From NCBI GenBank assembly GCA_964016885.1, contig CAXHJY010001538.1, positions 14,250 to 78,249 of the forward strand: DNA of 64,000 nucleotides. The letters are read 5' to 3'. Below, in pieces: positions 27,201 to 39,500 of the stretch. The stretch comes from Eledone cirrhosa (taxonomy: Eukaryota). A program made the translations under genes and the position numbers. The notes beneath the pieces are model-generated. The model was given only the letters and a program-made list of their open reading frames with translations. It had not been told where the DNA came from and did no database searches. How positions within the stretch are numbered: position 1 is the stretch's first letter; each line of letters begins with the position of its first letter.

Positions 27201-30200
27201 TGAATTTTATGAATTTTAGTAATTTTAGGAATTTTAAGAATTTTAGGAATTTTATGAATTTTTGGAATTTTAGGAATTTTAGGAATTTTAGGAATTTTAG
27301 GAATTTTAGAAATTTTATGAATTTTAGTAATTTTAGGAATTTTAGGAATTTTAGGAATTTTAGAAATTTTTGGAATATTAGGATTTATGAATTTTAAGAA
27401 TTTTAGGAATTTTGAGGAATCTTTTTGAATTTTCGGAATTTTATGTATTTTTAGGATTTTTAGGAATTTTATTAATTTTAGGAATTTTAGGAATTTTTGG
27501 AATTTTAGGAATTTTAGGAATTTTAGGAATTTTAGGATTTTTATGAATTTTTGGAATTTTAGGAATTTTAGGAATTTTAGGAATTTTATGAATTTTAGTA
27601 ATTTTATGAATTTTTGGAATTTTAGGAATTTTAGAAATTTTTGGAATATTAGGATTTATTAATTTTAAGAATTTTAGGAATTTTAGGATTTTTATGAATT
27701 TTTAGAATTTTAGGAATTTCTATGAATTTTAGGAATTTTAGGAATTTTAGGAATTTTAGGAATTTTAGGAATTTTAGGAATTTTAGGAATTTGAGAAATT
27801 TTTTGAATATTAGGATTTATGAATTTTAAGAATTTTAGGAATTTTGAGGAATTTTTTTGAATTTTCGGAATTTTATGTATTTTTAGGAATTTTAGGAATT
27901 TTAGGAATTTTAGGAATTTTAGGAATTTTTGGAATTTTAGGAATTTTATGAATTTTAAGAATTTTAGGAATTTCGAGGAATTTTTTTGAATTTTCGGAAT
28001 TTTATGTATTTTTGGAATTTTAGGAATTTTAGGAATTTTAGGAATTTTTGGAATTTTTGGAATTTTAGGAATTTTATGAATTTTAAGAATTTTAGGAATT
28101 TCGAGGAATTTTTTTGAATTTTCGGAATTTTATGTATTTTTAGGAATTTTAGGAATTTTATGAATTTTATGAATTTTAGGAATTTTATGAATTTTAGTAA
28201 TTTTAGGAATTTTAAGAATTTTAGGAATTTTAGTAATTTTAGGATTTTTATGAATTTTTGGAATTTTAACAATTTTAGGAATTTTAGGAATTTTAGGAAT
28301 TTTATGAATTTTAGTAATTTTAGGAATTTTAGGAATTTTAGGAATTTTAGAAATTTTTGGAATATTAGGATTTATGAATTTTAAGAATTTTAGGCATTTT
28401 GAGGAATTTTTTTGAATTTTCGGAATTTTATGTATTTTTAGGAATTTTAGGAATTTTAGGAATTTTAGGAATTTTAGAAATTTTAGGAATTTTAGGAATT
28501 TTATGAATTTTAGTAATTTTAGAAATTTTAGGAATTTTAGGAATTTTAGAAATTTTTGGAATATTAGGATTTATGAATTTTAAGAATTTTAGGAATTTTG
28601 AGGAATTTTTTTGAATTTTCGGAATTTTATGTATTTTTAGGAATTTTAGGAATTTTAGGAATTTTAGGAATTTTAGGAATTTTTGGAATTTTATGAATTT
28701 TATGAATTTTAAGAATTTTAGGAATTTCGAGGAATTTTTTTGAATTTTCGGAATTTTATGTATTTTTAGGAATTTTAGGAATTTTAGGAATTTTAGGAAT
28801 TTTAGGAATTTTTGGAATTTTAGGAATTTTATGAATTTTAAGAATTTTAGGAATTTCGAGGAATTTTTTTGAATTTTCGGAATTTTATGTATTTTTAGGA
28901 ATTTTAGGAATTTTATGAATTTTATGAATTTTAGGAATTTTATGAATTTTAGTAATTTTAGGAATTTTAAGAATTTTAGGAACTTTAGGAATTTTAGGAT
29001 TTTTATGAATTTTTGGAATTTTAGGAATTTTAGGAATTTTAGGAATTTTATGAATTTTAGTAATTTTAGGAATTTGAGGAATTTTAGAAATTTTTGGAAT
29101 ATTAGGATTTATGAATTTTAAGAATTTTAGGAATTTTGAGGAATTTATTTTAATTTTCGGAATTTTATGTATTTTTAGGAATTTTAGGAATTTTAGAATT
29201 TTAGGAATTTTAGGAATTTTATGAATTTTAGTAATTTTAGGAATTTTAAGAATTTTCGGAATTTTATGTATTTTTAGGAATTTTAGGAATTTTAGGAATT
29301 TTAGGAATTTTAGGAATTTTTGGAATTTTAGGAATTTTAGGAATTTTATGAATGTTATGAATTTTAGGAATTTTGGGAATTTTATGAATTTTAGAAATGT
29401 TATGAATTTTAGGAATTTTAGGAATTTTAGGAATTTTAGGAATTTTAGGAATTTTAGAAATTTTTGGAATATTAGGATTTATGAATTTTAAGAATTTTAG
29501 GAATTTTGAGGAATTTTTTTGAATTTTCGGAATTTTATGTATTTTTAGGAATTTTAGGAATTTTAGGAATTTTAGGAATTTTAGGAATTTTTGGAATTTT
29601 ATGAATTTTATGAATTTTAAGAATTTTAGGAATTTCGAGGAATTTTTTTGAATTTTCGGAATTTTATGTATTTTTAGGAATTTTAGGAATTTTAGGAATT
29701 TTAGGAATTTTTGGAATTTTTGGAATTTTAGGAATTTTATGAATTTTAAGAATTTTAGGAATTTCGAGGAATTTTTTTGAATTTTCGGAATTTTATGTAT
29801 TTTTAGGAATTTTATGAATTTTATGAATTTTATGAATTTTAGGAATTTTATGAATTTTAGTAATTTTAGGAATTTTAAGAATTTTAGGAATTTTAGGAAT
29901 TTTAGGATTTTTATTAATTTTTGGAATTTTGGAATTTTAGGAATTTTAGGATTTTTATGAATTTTTGGAATTTTAGGAATTTTAGGAATTTTAGGAATCT
30001 TAGGAATTTTAGGAATTTTAGGAATTTTAGTAATTTTAGGAATTTTGAGGAATTTTTTTGAATTTTCGGAATTTTATGTATTTTTAGGAATTTTAGGAAT
30101 TTTAGGAATTTTAGGAATTTTAGAAATTTTTGGAATATTAGGATTTATGAATTTTAAGAATTTTAGGAATTTTTTGGAATTTTCGGAATTTTCGGAATTT

Positions 30201-32870
30201 TTAGAAATTTTAGGTATTTTAGGAATTTTATGTATGTTATGAATTTTAGGAATTTTGGGAATTTTAGGAATTTTAAGAATTTTAGGAATTTTAGGAATTT
30301 TAGGATTTTTATGAATTTTTGGAATTTTAGGAATTTTAGGAATTTTGCGAATTTTAGGAATTTTAGGAATTTTAGGAATTTTAGGAATTTTAGGAATTTT
30401 AGGAATTTTAGGAATTTTAGGAATTTTAGGAATTTTTGGAATTTTAGGAATTTTAGGAATTTTAGGAATTTTAGGAATTTTAGGAATTTTATGAATTTTA
30501 GTAATTTTAGGAATTTTAGGAATTTTAGGAATTTTAGAAATTTTTGGAATATTAGGATTTATGAATTTTAAGAATTTTAGGAATTTTGAGGAATTTTATT
30601 GAATTTTCGGAATTTTATGTATTTTTAGGAATTTTAGGAATTTTAGGAATTTTAGGAATTTTAGAAATTTTAGGAATTTTAGGAATTTTATGAATTTTAG
30701 TAATTTTAGGAATATTAGGATTTATGAATTTTAAGAATTTTAGGAATTTTGAGGAATTTTTTTGAATTTTCGGAATTTTATGTATTTTTAGGAATTTTAG
30801 GAATTTTAGGAATTTTATGAATTTTAGGAATTTTTGGAATTTTAGGAATTTTATGAATTTTAAGAATTTTAGGAATTTCGAGGAATTTTTTTGAATTTTC
30901 GGAATTTTATGTATTTTTAGGAATTTTAGGAATTTTAGGAATTTTAGGAATTTTAGGAATTTTTGGAATTTTAGGAATTTTATGAATTTTAAGAATTTTA
31001 GGAATTTCGAGGAATTTTTTTGAATTTTCGGAATTTTATGTATTTTTAGGAATTTTAGGAATTTTATGAATTTTATGAATTTTAGGAATTTTATGAATTT
31101 TAGTAATTTTAGGAATTTTAAGAATTTTAGGAACTTTAGGAATTTTAGGATTTTTATGAATTTTTGGAATTTTAGGAATTTTAGGAATTTTAGGAATTTT
31201 ATGAATTTTAGTAATTTTAGGAATTTGAGGAATTTTAGAAATTTTTGGAATATTAGGATTTATGAATTTTAAGAATTTTAGGAATTTTGAGGAATTTTTT
31301 TTAATTTTCGGAATTTTATGTATTTTTAGGAATTTTAGGAATTTTAGAATTTTAGGAATTTTAGGAATTTTATGAATTTTAGTAATTTTAGGAATTTTAA
31401 GAATTTTAGGAATTTTAGGAATTTTATGAATTTTATGAATTTTAGTAATTTTAGGAATTTTAAGAATTTTAGGAATTTTATGAATTTTTGGAATTTTAGG
31501 AATTTTAGGAATTTTAGGAATTTTAGGAATTTTAGAAATTTTATGAATTTTAGTAATTTTAGGAATTTTAGGAATTTTAGGAATTTTAGAAATTTTTGGA
31601 ATATTAGGATTTATGAATTTTAAGAATTTTAGGAATTTTGAGGAATTTTTTTGAATTTTCGGAATTTTATGTATTTTTAGGATTTTTAGGAATTTTATTA
31701 ATTTTAGGAATTTTAGGAATTTTTGGAATTTTAGGAATTTTAGGAATTTTAGGAATTTTAGGATTTTTATGAATTTTTGGAATTTTAGGAATTTTAGGAA
31801 TTTTAGGAATTTTATGAATTTTAGTAATTTTATGAATTTTTGGAATTTTAGGAATTTTAGAAATTTTTGGAATATTAGGATTTATTAATTTTAAGAATTT
31901 TAGGAATTTTAGGATTTTTATGAATTTTTAGAATTTTAGGAATTTCTATGAATTTTAGGAATTTTAGGAATTTTAGGAATTTTAGGAATTTTAGGAATTT
32001 TAGGAATTTTAGGAATTTGAGAAATTTTTGGAATATTAGGATTTATGAATTTTAAGAATTTTAGGAATTTTGAGGAATTTTTTTGAATTTTCGGAATTTT
32101 ATGTATTTTTAGGAATTTTAGGAATTTTAGGAATTTTAGGAATTTTAGGAATTTTTGGAATTTTAGGAATTTTATGAATTTTAAGAATTTTAGGAATTTC
32201 GAGGAATTTTTTTGAATTTTCGGAATTTTATGTATTTTTGGAATTTTAGGAATTTTAGGAATTTTAGGAATTTTTGGAATTTTTGGAATTTTAGGAATTT
32301 TATGAATTTTAAGAATTTTAGGAATTTCGAGGAATTTTTTTGAATTTTCGGAATTTTATGTATTTTTAGGAATTTTATGAATTTTATGAATTTTATGAAT
32401 TTTAGGAATTTTATGAATTTTAGTAATTTTAGGAATTTTAAGAATTTTAGGAATTTTAGTAATTTTAGGATTTTTATGAATTTTTGGAATTTTAACAATT
32501 TTAGGAATTTTAGGAATTTTAGGAATTTTATGAATTTTAGTAATTTTAGGAATTTTAGGAATTTTAGGAATTTTAGAAATTTTTGGAATATTAGGATTTA
32601 TGAATTTTAAGAATTTTAGGCATTTTGAGGAATTTTTTTGAATTTTCGGAATTTTATGTATTTTTAGGAATTTTAGGAATTTTAGGAATTTTAGGAATTT
32701 TAGAAATTTTAGGAATTTTAGGAATTTTATGAATTTTAGTAATTTTAGAAATTTTAGGAATTTTAGGAATTTTAGAAATTTTTGGAATATTAGGATTTAT
32801 GAATTTTAAGAATTTTAGGAATTTTGAGGAATTTTTTTGAATTTTCGGAATTTTATGTATTTTTCGGAAT
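24300..32870 (+). repeat. ~4.2-kb tandem duplication (period 4,226-4,280 bp)
   Basis: Offsets 26840/31066, 27146/31372, 27964/32190 and the private AGGCATTTT variant (28395/32621) are all 4,226. 25774/30045 is 4,271 and 24635/28915 is 4,280; these differ by multiples of 9. Boundaries are approximate. Confidence 0.88.
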
Positions 32871-35800
32871 TTTAGGAATTTTAGGAATTTTAGGAATTTT
32901 AGGAATTTTTGGAATTTTAGGAATTTTATGAATTTTAAGAATTTTAGGAATTTCGAGGAATTTTTTTGAATTTTCGGAATTTTATGTATTTTTAGGAATT
33001 TTAGGAATTTTATGAATTTTATGAATTTTATGAATTTTATGAATTTTAGTAATTTTAGGAATTTCGAGGAATTTTTTTGAATTTTCGGAATTTTATGTAT
33101 TTTTAGGAATTTTAGGAATTTTATGAATTTTATGAATTTTAGGAATTTTATGAATTTTAGTAATTTTAGGAATTTTAAGAATTTTAGGAACTTTAGGAAT
33201 GTTAGGATTTTTATGAATTTTTGGAATTTTAGGAATTTTAGGAATTTTAGGAATTTTAGGAATTTTAGGAATTTTATGAATTTTAGTAATTTTAGGAATT
33301 TGAGGAATTTTAGAAATTTTTGGAATATTAGGATTTATGAATTTTAAGAATTTTAGGAATTTTGAGGAATTTTTTTTAATTTTCGGAATTTTATGTATTT
33401 TTAGGAATTTTAGGAATTTTAGAATTTTAGGAATTTTAGGAATTTTATGAATTTTAGTAATTTTAGGAATTTTAAGAATTTTAGGAATTTTATGAATTTT
33501 AGGAATTTTATGAATTTTAGTAATTTTAGGAATTTTAAGAATTTTAGGAATTTTATGAATTTTAGGATTTTTATGAATTTTTGGAATTTTAGGAATTTTA
33601 GGAATTTTAGGAATTTTAGGAATTTTAGAAATTTTATGAATTTTAGTAATTTTAGGAATTTTAGGAATTTTAGGAATTTTAGAAATTTTTGGAATATTAG
33701 GATTTATGAATTTTAAGAATTTTAGGAATTTTGAGGAATTTTTTTGAATTTTCGGAATTTTATGTATTTTTAGGAATTTTAGGAATTTTAGGAATTTTAG
33801 GAATTTTAGGAATTTTTGGAATTTTAGGAATTTTAGGAATTTTAGGAATTTTAGGATATTTATGAATTTTTGGAATTTTAGGAATTTTAGGAATTTTAGG
33901 AATTTTAGGAATTTTAGGAATTTTAGGAATTTTAGTAATTTTAGGAATTTTAGGAATTTTAGGAATTTTAGAAATTTTTGGAATATTAGGATTTATTAAT
34001 TTTAAGAATTTTAGGAATTTTAGGATTTTTATGAATTTTTAGAATTTTATGAATTTTATGAATTTTATGAATTTTATGAATTTTATGAATTTTAGGAATT
34101 TTAGGAATTTTAGGAATTTTAGGAATTTTAGAAATTTTTGGAATATTAGGATTTATGAATTTTAAGAATTTTAGGAATTTTTTGGAATTTTCGGACTTTT
34201 AGGAACTTTTAGAAATTTTAGGTATTTTAGGAATTTTATGAATTTTATGAATTTTAGGAATATTGAGGAATTTTTTTGAATTTTCGGAATTTTAGGAATT
34301 TTTAGGAATTTTAGGAATTTTAGGAATTTTAGGAATTTTAGGAATTTTTGGAATTTTAGGAATTTTATGAATTTTAAGAATTTTAGGAATTTCGAGGAAT
34401 TTTTTTGAATTTTCGGAATTTTATGTATTTTTAGGAATTTTAGGAATTTTATGAATTTTATGAATTTTAGGAATTTTATGAATTTTAGTAATTTTAGGAA
34501 TTTTAAGAATTTTAGGAACTTTAGGAATTTTAGGATTTTTATGAATTTTTGGAATTTTAGGAATTTTAGGAATTTTAGGAATTTTATGAATTTTAGTAAT
34601 TTTAGGAATTTGAGGAATTTTAGAAATTTTTGGAATATTAGGATTTATGAATTTTAAGAATTTTAGGAATTTTGAGGAATTTATTTTAATTTTCGGAATT
34701 TTATGTATTTTTAGGAATTTTAGGAATTTTAGAATTTTAGGAATTTTAGGAATTTTATGAATTTTAGTAATTTTAGGAATTTTAAGAATTTTCGGAATTT
34801 TATGTATTTTTAGGAATTTTAGGAATTTTAGGAATTTTAGGAATTTTAGGAATTTTTGGAATTTTAGGAATTTTATGAATTTTAAGAATTTTAGGAATTT
34901 CGAGGAATTTTTTTGAATTTTCGGAATTTTATGTATTTTTAGGAATTTTAGGAATTTTATGAATTTTATGAATTTTAGGAATTTTATGAATTTTAGTAAT
35001 TTTAGGAATTTCGAGGAATTTTTTTGAATTTTCGGAATTTTATGTATTTTTAGGAATTTTATGAATTTTATGAATTTTATGAATTTTAGGAATTTTATGA
35101 ATTTTAGTAATTTTAGGAATTTTAAGAATTTTAGGAACTTTAGGAATTTTAGGATTTTTATGAATTTTTGGAATTTTAGGAATTTTAGGAATTTTAGGAA
35201 TTTTAGGAATTTTAGGAATTTTATGAATTTTAGTAATTTTAGGAATTTGAGGAATTTTAGAAATTTTTGGAATATTAGGATTTATGAATTTTAAGAATTT
35301 TAGGAATTTTGAGGAATTTTTTTTAATTTTCGGAATTTTATGTATTTTTAGGAATTTTAGGAATTTTAGAATTTTAGGAATTTTAGGAATTTTATGAATT
35401 TTAGTAATTTTAGGAATTTTAAGAATTTTAGGAATTTTATGAATTTTAGGAATTTTATGAATTTTAGTAATTTTAGGAATTTTAAGAATTTTAGGAATTT
35501 TAGGAATTTTAGGATTTTTATGAATTTTTGGAATTTTAGGAATTTTAGGAATTTTAGGAATTTTAGGAATTTTAGAAATTTTATGAATTTTAGTAATTTT
35601 AGGAATTTTAGGAATTTTATGAATTTTAGAAATTTTTGGAATATTAGGATTTATGAATTTTAAGAATTTTAGGAATTTTGAGGAATTTTTGTGAATTTTC
35701 GGAATTTTATGTATTTTTAGGATTTTTAGGAATTTTAGGATTTTTATGAATTTTTGGAATTTTTGGAATTTTAGGAATTTTAGGAATTTTAGGAATTTTA

Positions 35801-36140
35801 GGAATTTTAGGAATTTTAGTAATTTTAGGAATTTGAGGAATTTGAGGAATTTTAGGAATTTTAGGAATTTTATGAATTTTAGTAATTTTAGGAATTTTTG
35901 GAATTTTAGGAATTTTAGAAATTTTTGGAATATTAGGATTTATTAATTTTAAGAATTTTAGGAATTTTAGGATTTTTATGAATTTTTAGAATTTTAGGAA
36001 TTTTATGAATTTTATGAATTTTATGAATTTTATGAATTTTATGAATTTTATGAATTTTAGGAATTTTAGGAATTTTAGAAATTTTTGGAATATTAGGATT
36101 TATGAATTTTAAGAATTTTAGGAATTTTTTGGAATTTTCG
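32860..36140 (+). repeat. 1,947-bp-period duplication abutting the junction (~32860-34193 matches ~34810-36140); more diverged than the upstream duplications
   Basis: Offsets 33065/35012 (CGAGG), 33347/35294, 33447/35394 and 34192/36139 (TTTTCG) are all 1,947. Confidence 0.85.
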
Positions 36141-36165
36141 CCGGCGGACTTTGTTTAGGTTTAAC
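36131..36165. other. Sharp junction between the 9-bp and 227-bp arrays, with a TTCG overlap and a unique first monomer
   Basis: Sequence is ggaatt[ttcg]ccggcggactttgtttaggtttaac. TTCG (36137-36140) fits both arrays, and there is no intervening unique DNA. Confidence 0.95.
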
Positions 36166-36311
36166 ACGGTTTGGTTCCACAGCCACAACTATTGATTTTA
36201 CGGAGATATCTTGCTGAAATTCACGCCACACATAGCCAATGAGTGTCTGCACATGTACCAGTAATTACAGATCGATCCGACCACGGGCGGCCGGCCCGCG
36301 ATTGAAAAGGT

Positions 36312-36378
36312 AAATCCGCCGGCTAATCGTCATTTTTGGATTCGTTTTCTTCGAAGCACACCATTCGCCGGCGGACTT
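36312..36378. repeat. Imperfect inverted repeat spanning each monomer boundary (one example)
   Basis: AAATCCGCCGGCTAATCGT (monomer 176-194) pairs with ACCATTCGCCGGCGGACTT (224-227 plus 1-15 of the next monomer) at 16 of 19 positions. The perfect 9-bp core is TCCGCCGGC/GCCGGCGGA and the spacer is 29 nt. Confidence 0.85.
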
Positions 36379-36590
36379 TCTTGACGTTTAACACGGTTTG
36401 GTTCCACAGCCACAACTATTGATTTTACGGAGATATCTTGCTGAAATTCACGCCACACATAGCCAATGAGTGTCTGCACATGTACCAGTAATTACAGATC
36501 GATCCGACCACGGGCGGCCGGCCCGCGATTGAAAAGGTAAATCCGCCGGCTAATCGTCATTTTTGGATTCGTTTTCTTCGAAGCACACCA

Positions 36591-39500
36591 TTCGCCGGCG
36601 GACTTTGTTGACGTTTAACACGGTTTGGTTCCACAGCCACAACTATTGATTTTACGGAGATATCTGGCTGAAATTCACGCCACACATAGCCAATGAGTGT
36701 CTGCACCTGTACCAGTAATTACAGATCGATCCGACCACGGGCGGCCGACCCGCGATTAAAAAGGTAAATCCGCCGGCTAATCGTCATTTTTGGATTCGTT
36801 TTCTTCGAAGCACACCATTCGCCGGCGGACTTTGTTGACGTTTAACACGGTTTGGTTCCACAGCCACAACTATTGATTTTACGGAGATATCTTGCTGAAA
36901 TTCACGCCACACATAGCCAATGAGTGTCTGCACATGTACCAGTAATTACAGATCGATCCGACCACGGACGGCCGGCCCGCGATTGAAAAGGTAAATCCGC
37001 CGGCTAATCGTCATTTTTGGATTCGTTTTCTTCGAAGCACACCATTCGCCGGCGGACTTTGTTGACGGTTAACACGGTTTGGTTCCACAGCCACAACTAT
37101 TGATTTTACGGAGATATCTTGCTGAAATTCACGCCACACATAGCCAATGAGTGTCTGCACATGTACCAGTAATTACAGATCGATCCGACCACGGGCGGCC
37201 GGCCCGCGATTGAAAAGGTAAATCCGCCGGCTAATCGTCATTTTTGGATTCGTTTTCTTCGAAGCACACCATTCGCCGGCGGACTTTGTTGACGTTTAAC
37301 ACGGTTTGGTTCCACAGCCACAACTATTGATTTTACGGAGATATCTTGCTGAAATTCACGCCACACATAGCCAATGAGTGTCTGCACATGTACCAGTAAT
37401 TACAGATCGATCCGACCACGGACGGCCGGCCCGCGATTGAAAAGGTAAATCCGCCGGCTAATCGTCATTTTTGGATTCGTTTTCTTCGAAGCACACCATT
37501 CGCCGGCGGACTTTCTTGACGTTTAACACGGTTTGGTTCCACAGCCACAACTATTGATTTTACGGAGATATCTGGCTGAAATTCACGCCACACATAGCCA
37601 ATGAGTGTCTGCACCTGTACCAGTAATTACAGATCGATCCGACCACGGGCGGCCGGCCCGCGATTGAAAAGGTAAATCCGCCGGCTAATCGTCATTTTTG
37701 GATTCGTTTTCTTCGAAGCACACCATTCGCCGGCGGACTTTGTTGACGTTTAACACGGTTTGGTTCCACAGCCACAACTATTGATTTTACGGAGATATCT
37801 TGCTGAAATTCACGCCACACATAGCCAATGAGTGTCTGCACATGTACCAGTAATTACAGATCGATCCGACCACGGGCGGCCGGCCCGCGATTGAAAAGGT
37901 AAATCCGCCGGCTAATCGTCATTTTTGGATTCGTTTTCTTCGAAGCACACCATTCGCCGGCGGACTTTCTTGACGTTTAACACGGTTTGGTTCCACAGCC
38001 ACAACTATTGATTTTACGGAGATATCTTGCTGAAATTCACGCCACACATAGCCAATGAGTGTCTGCACATGTACCAGTAATTACAGATCGATCCGACCAC
38101 GGGCGGCCGGCCCGCGATTGAAAAGGTAAATCCGCCGGCTAATCGTCATTTTTGGATTCGTTTTCTTCGAAGCACACCATTCGCCGGCGGACTTTGTTGA
38201 CGTTTAACACGGTTTGGTTCCACAGCCACAACTATTGATTTTACGGAGATATCTTGCTGAAATTCACGCCACACATAGCCAATGAGTGTCTGCACATGTA
38301 CCAGTAATTACAGATCGATCCGACCACGGACGGCCGGCCCGCGATTGAAAAGGTAAATCCGCCGGCTAATCGTCATTTTTGGATTCGTTTTCTTCGAAGC
38401 ACACCATTCGCCGGCGGACTTTGTTGACGTTTAACACGGTTTGGTTCCACAGCCACAACTATTGATTTTACGGAGATATCTTGCTGAAATTCACGCCACA
38501 CATAGCCAATGAGTGTCTGCACCTGTACCAGTAATTACAGATCGATCCGACCACGGGCGGCCGGCCCGCGATTGAAAAGGTAAATCCGCCGGCTAATCGT
38601 CATTTTTGGATTCGTTTTCTTCGAAGCACACCATTCGCCGGCGGACTTTGTTGACGTTTAACACGGTTTGGTTCCACAGCCACAACTATTGATTTTACGG
38701 AGATATCTTGCTGAAATTCACGCCACACATAGCCAATGAGTGTCTGCACATGTACCAGTAATTACAGATCGATCCGACCACGGGCGGCCGGCCCGCGATT
38801 GAAAAGGTAAATCCGCCGGCTAATCGTCATTTTTGGATTCGTTTTCTTCGAAGCACACCATTCGCCGGCGGACTTTCTTGACGTTTAACACGGTTTGGTT
38901 CCACAGCCACAACTATTGATTTTACGGAGATATCTTGCTGAAATTCACGCCACACATAGCCAATGAGTGTCTGCACATGTACCAGTAATTACAGATCGAT
39001 CCGACCACGGGCGGCCGGCCCGCGATTGAAAAGGTAAATCCGCCGGCTAATCGTCATTTTTGGATTCGTTTTCTTCGAAGCACACCATTCGCCGGCGGAC
39101 TTTGTTGACGTTTAACACGGTTTGGTTCCACAGCCACAACTATTGATTTTACGGAGATATCTTGCTGAAATTCACGCCACACATAGCCAATGAGTGTCTG
39201 CACATGTACCAGTAATTACAGATCGATCCGACCACGGACGGCCGGCCCGCGATTGAAAAGGTAAATCCGCCGGCTAATCGTCATTTTTGGATTCGTTTTC
39301 TTCGAAGCACACCATTCGCCGGCGGACTTTCTTGACGTTTAACACGGTTTGGTTCCACAGCCACAACTATTGATTTTACGGAGATATCTGGCTGAAATTC
39401 ACGCCACACATAGCCAATGAGTGTCTGCACCTGTACCAGTAATTACAGATCGATCCGACCACGGGCGGCCGGCCCGCGATTGAAAAGGTAAATCCGCCGG

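Larger units (their letters stand above)
1..36140 (+). repeat. 9-bp tandem simple satellite, consensus (AATTTTAGG)n with variant units; ~4,000 units; open at the left edge
   Basis: Continuous 9-bp periodicity. The AATTTT core is followed by AGG, ATG, AAG, AGT, AGA, TGG, TTG, CGG and rarer triplets, with occasional 6-8 and 10-nt units. C is nearly absent from the + strand. The array ends at ...ggaattttcg (36140). Confidence 0.99.

Noticed and set aside
52-35946. All ORFs in the track (NFR/NFM, GIL and KFL/KFI tripeptide repeats, 65-134 aa)
   Set aside because: They follow directly from a 9-bp unit with stop-free frames (AAT TTT AGG; GGA ATT TTA) and frequent ATG variants. Frames are broken by 7- and 10-nt units, and there is no domain or gene context.
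1-36140. Active telomerase-synthesised telomere tract
   Set aside because: The array is heavily variant, carries multi-kb duplications and is followed on its 3' G-strand side by 28 kb of another satellite, so it is not terminal. It is kept only as a possible relic in the findings.
1-36140. G-quadruplex-forming array
   Set aside because: It has only GG doublets separated by 7-nt A/T loops and often interrupted by ATG/AAG units, so stable three-tier G4s are not supported.
36340-36356. CENP-B box-like ATTCGTTTTCTTCGAAG
   Set aside because: The two CpGs have the right spacing, but only 6 of the 9 essential positions of NTTCGNNNNANNCGGGN match.
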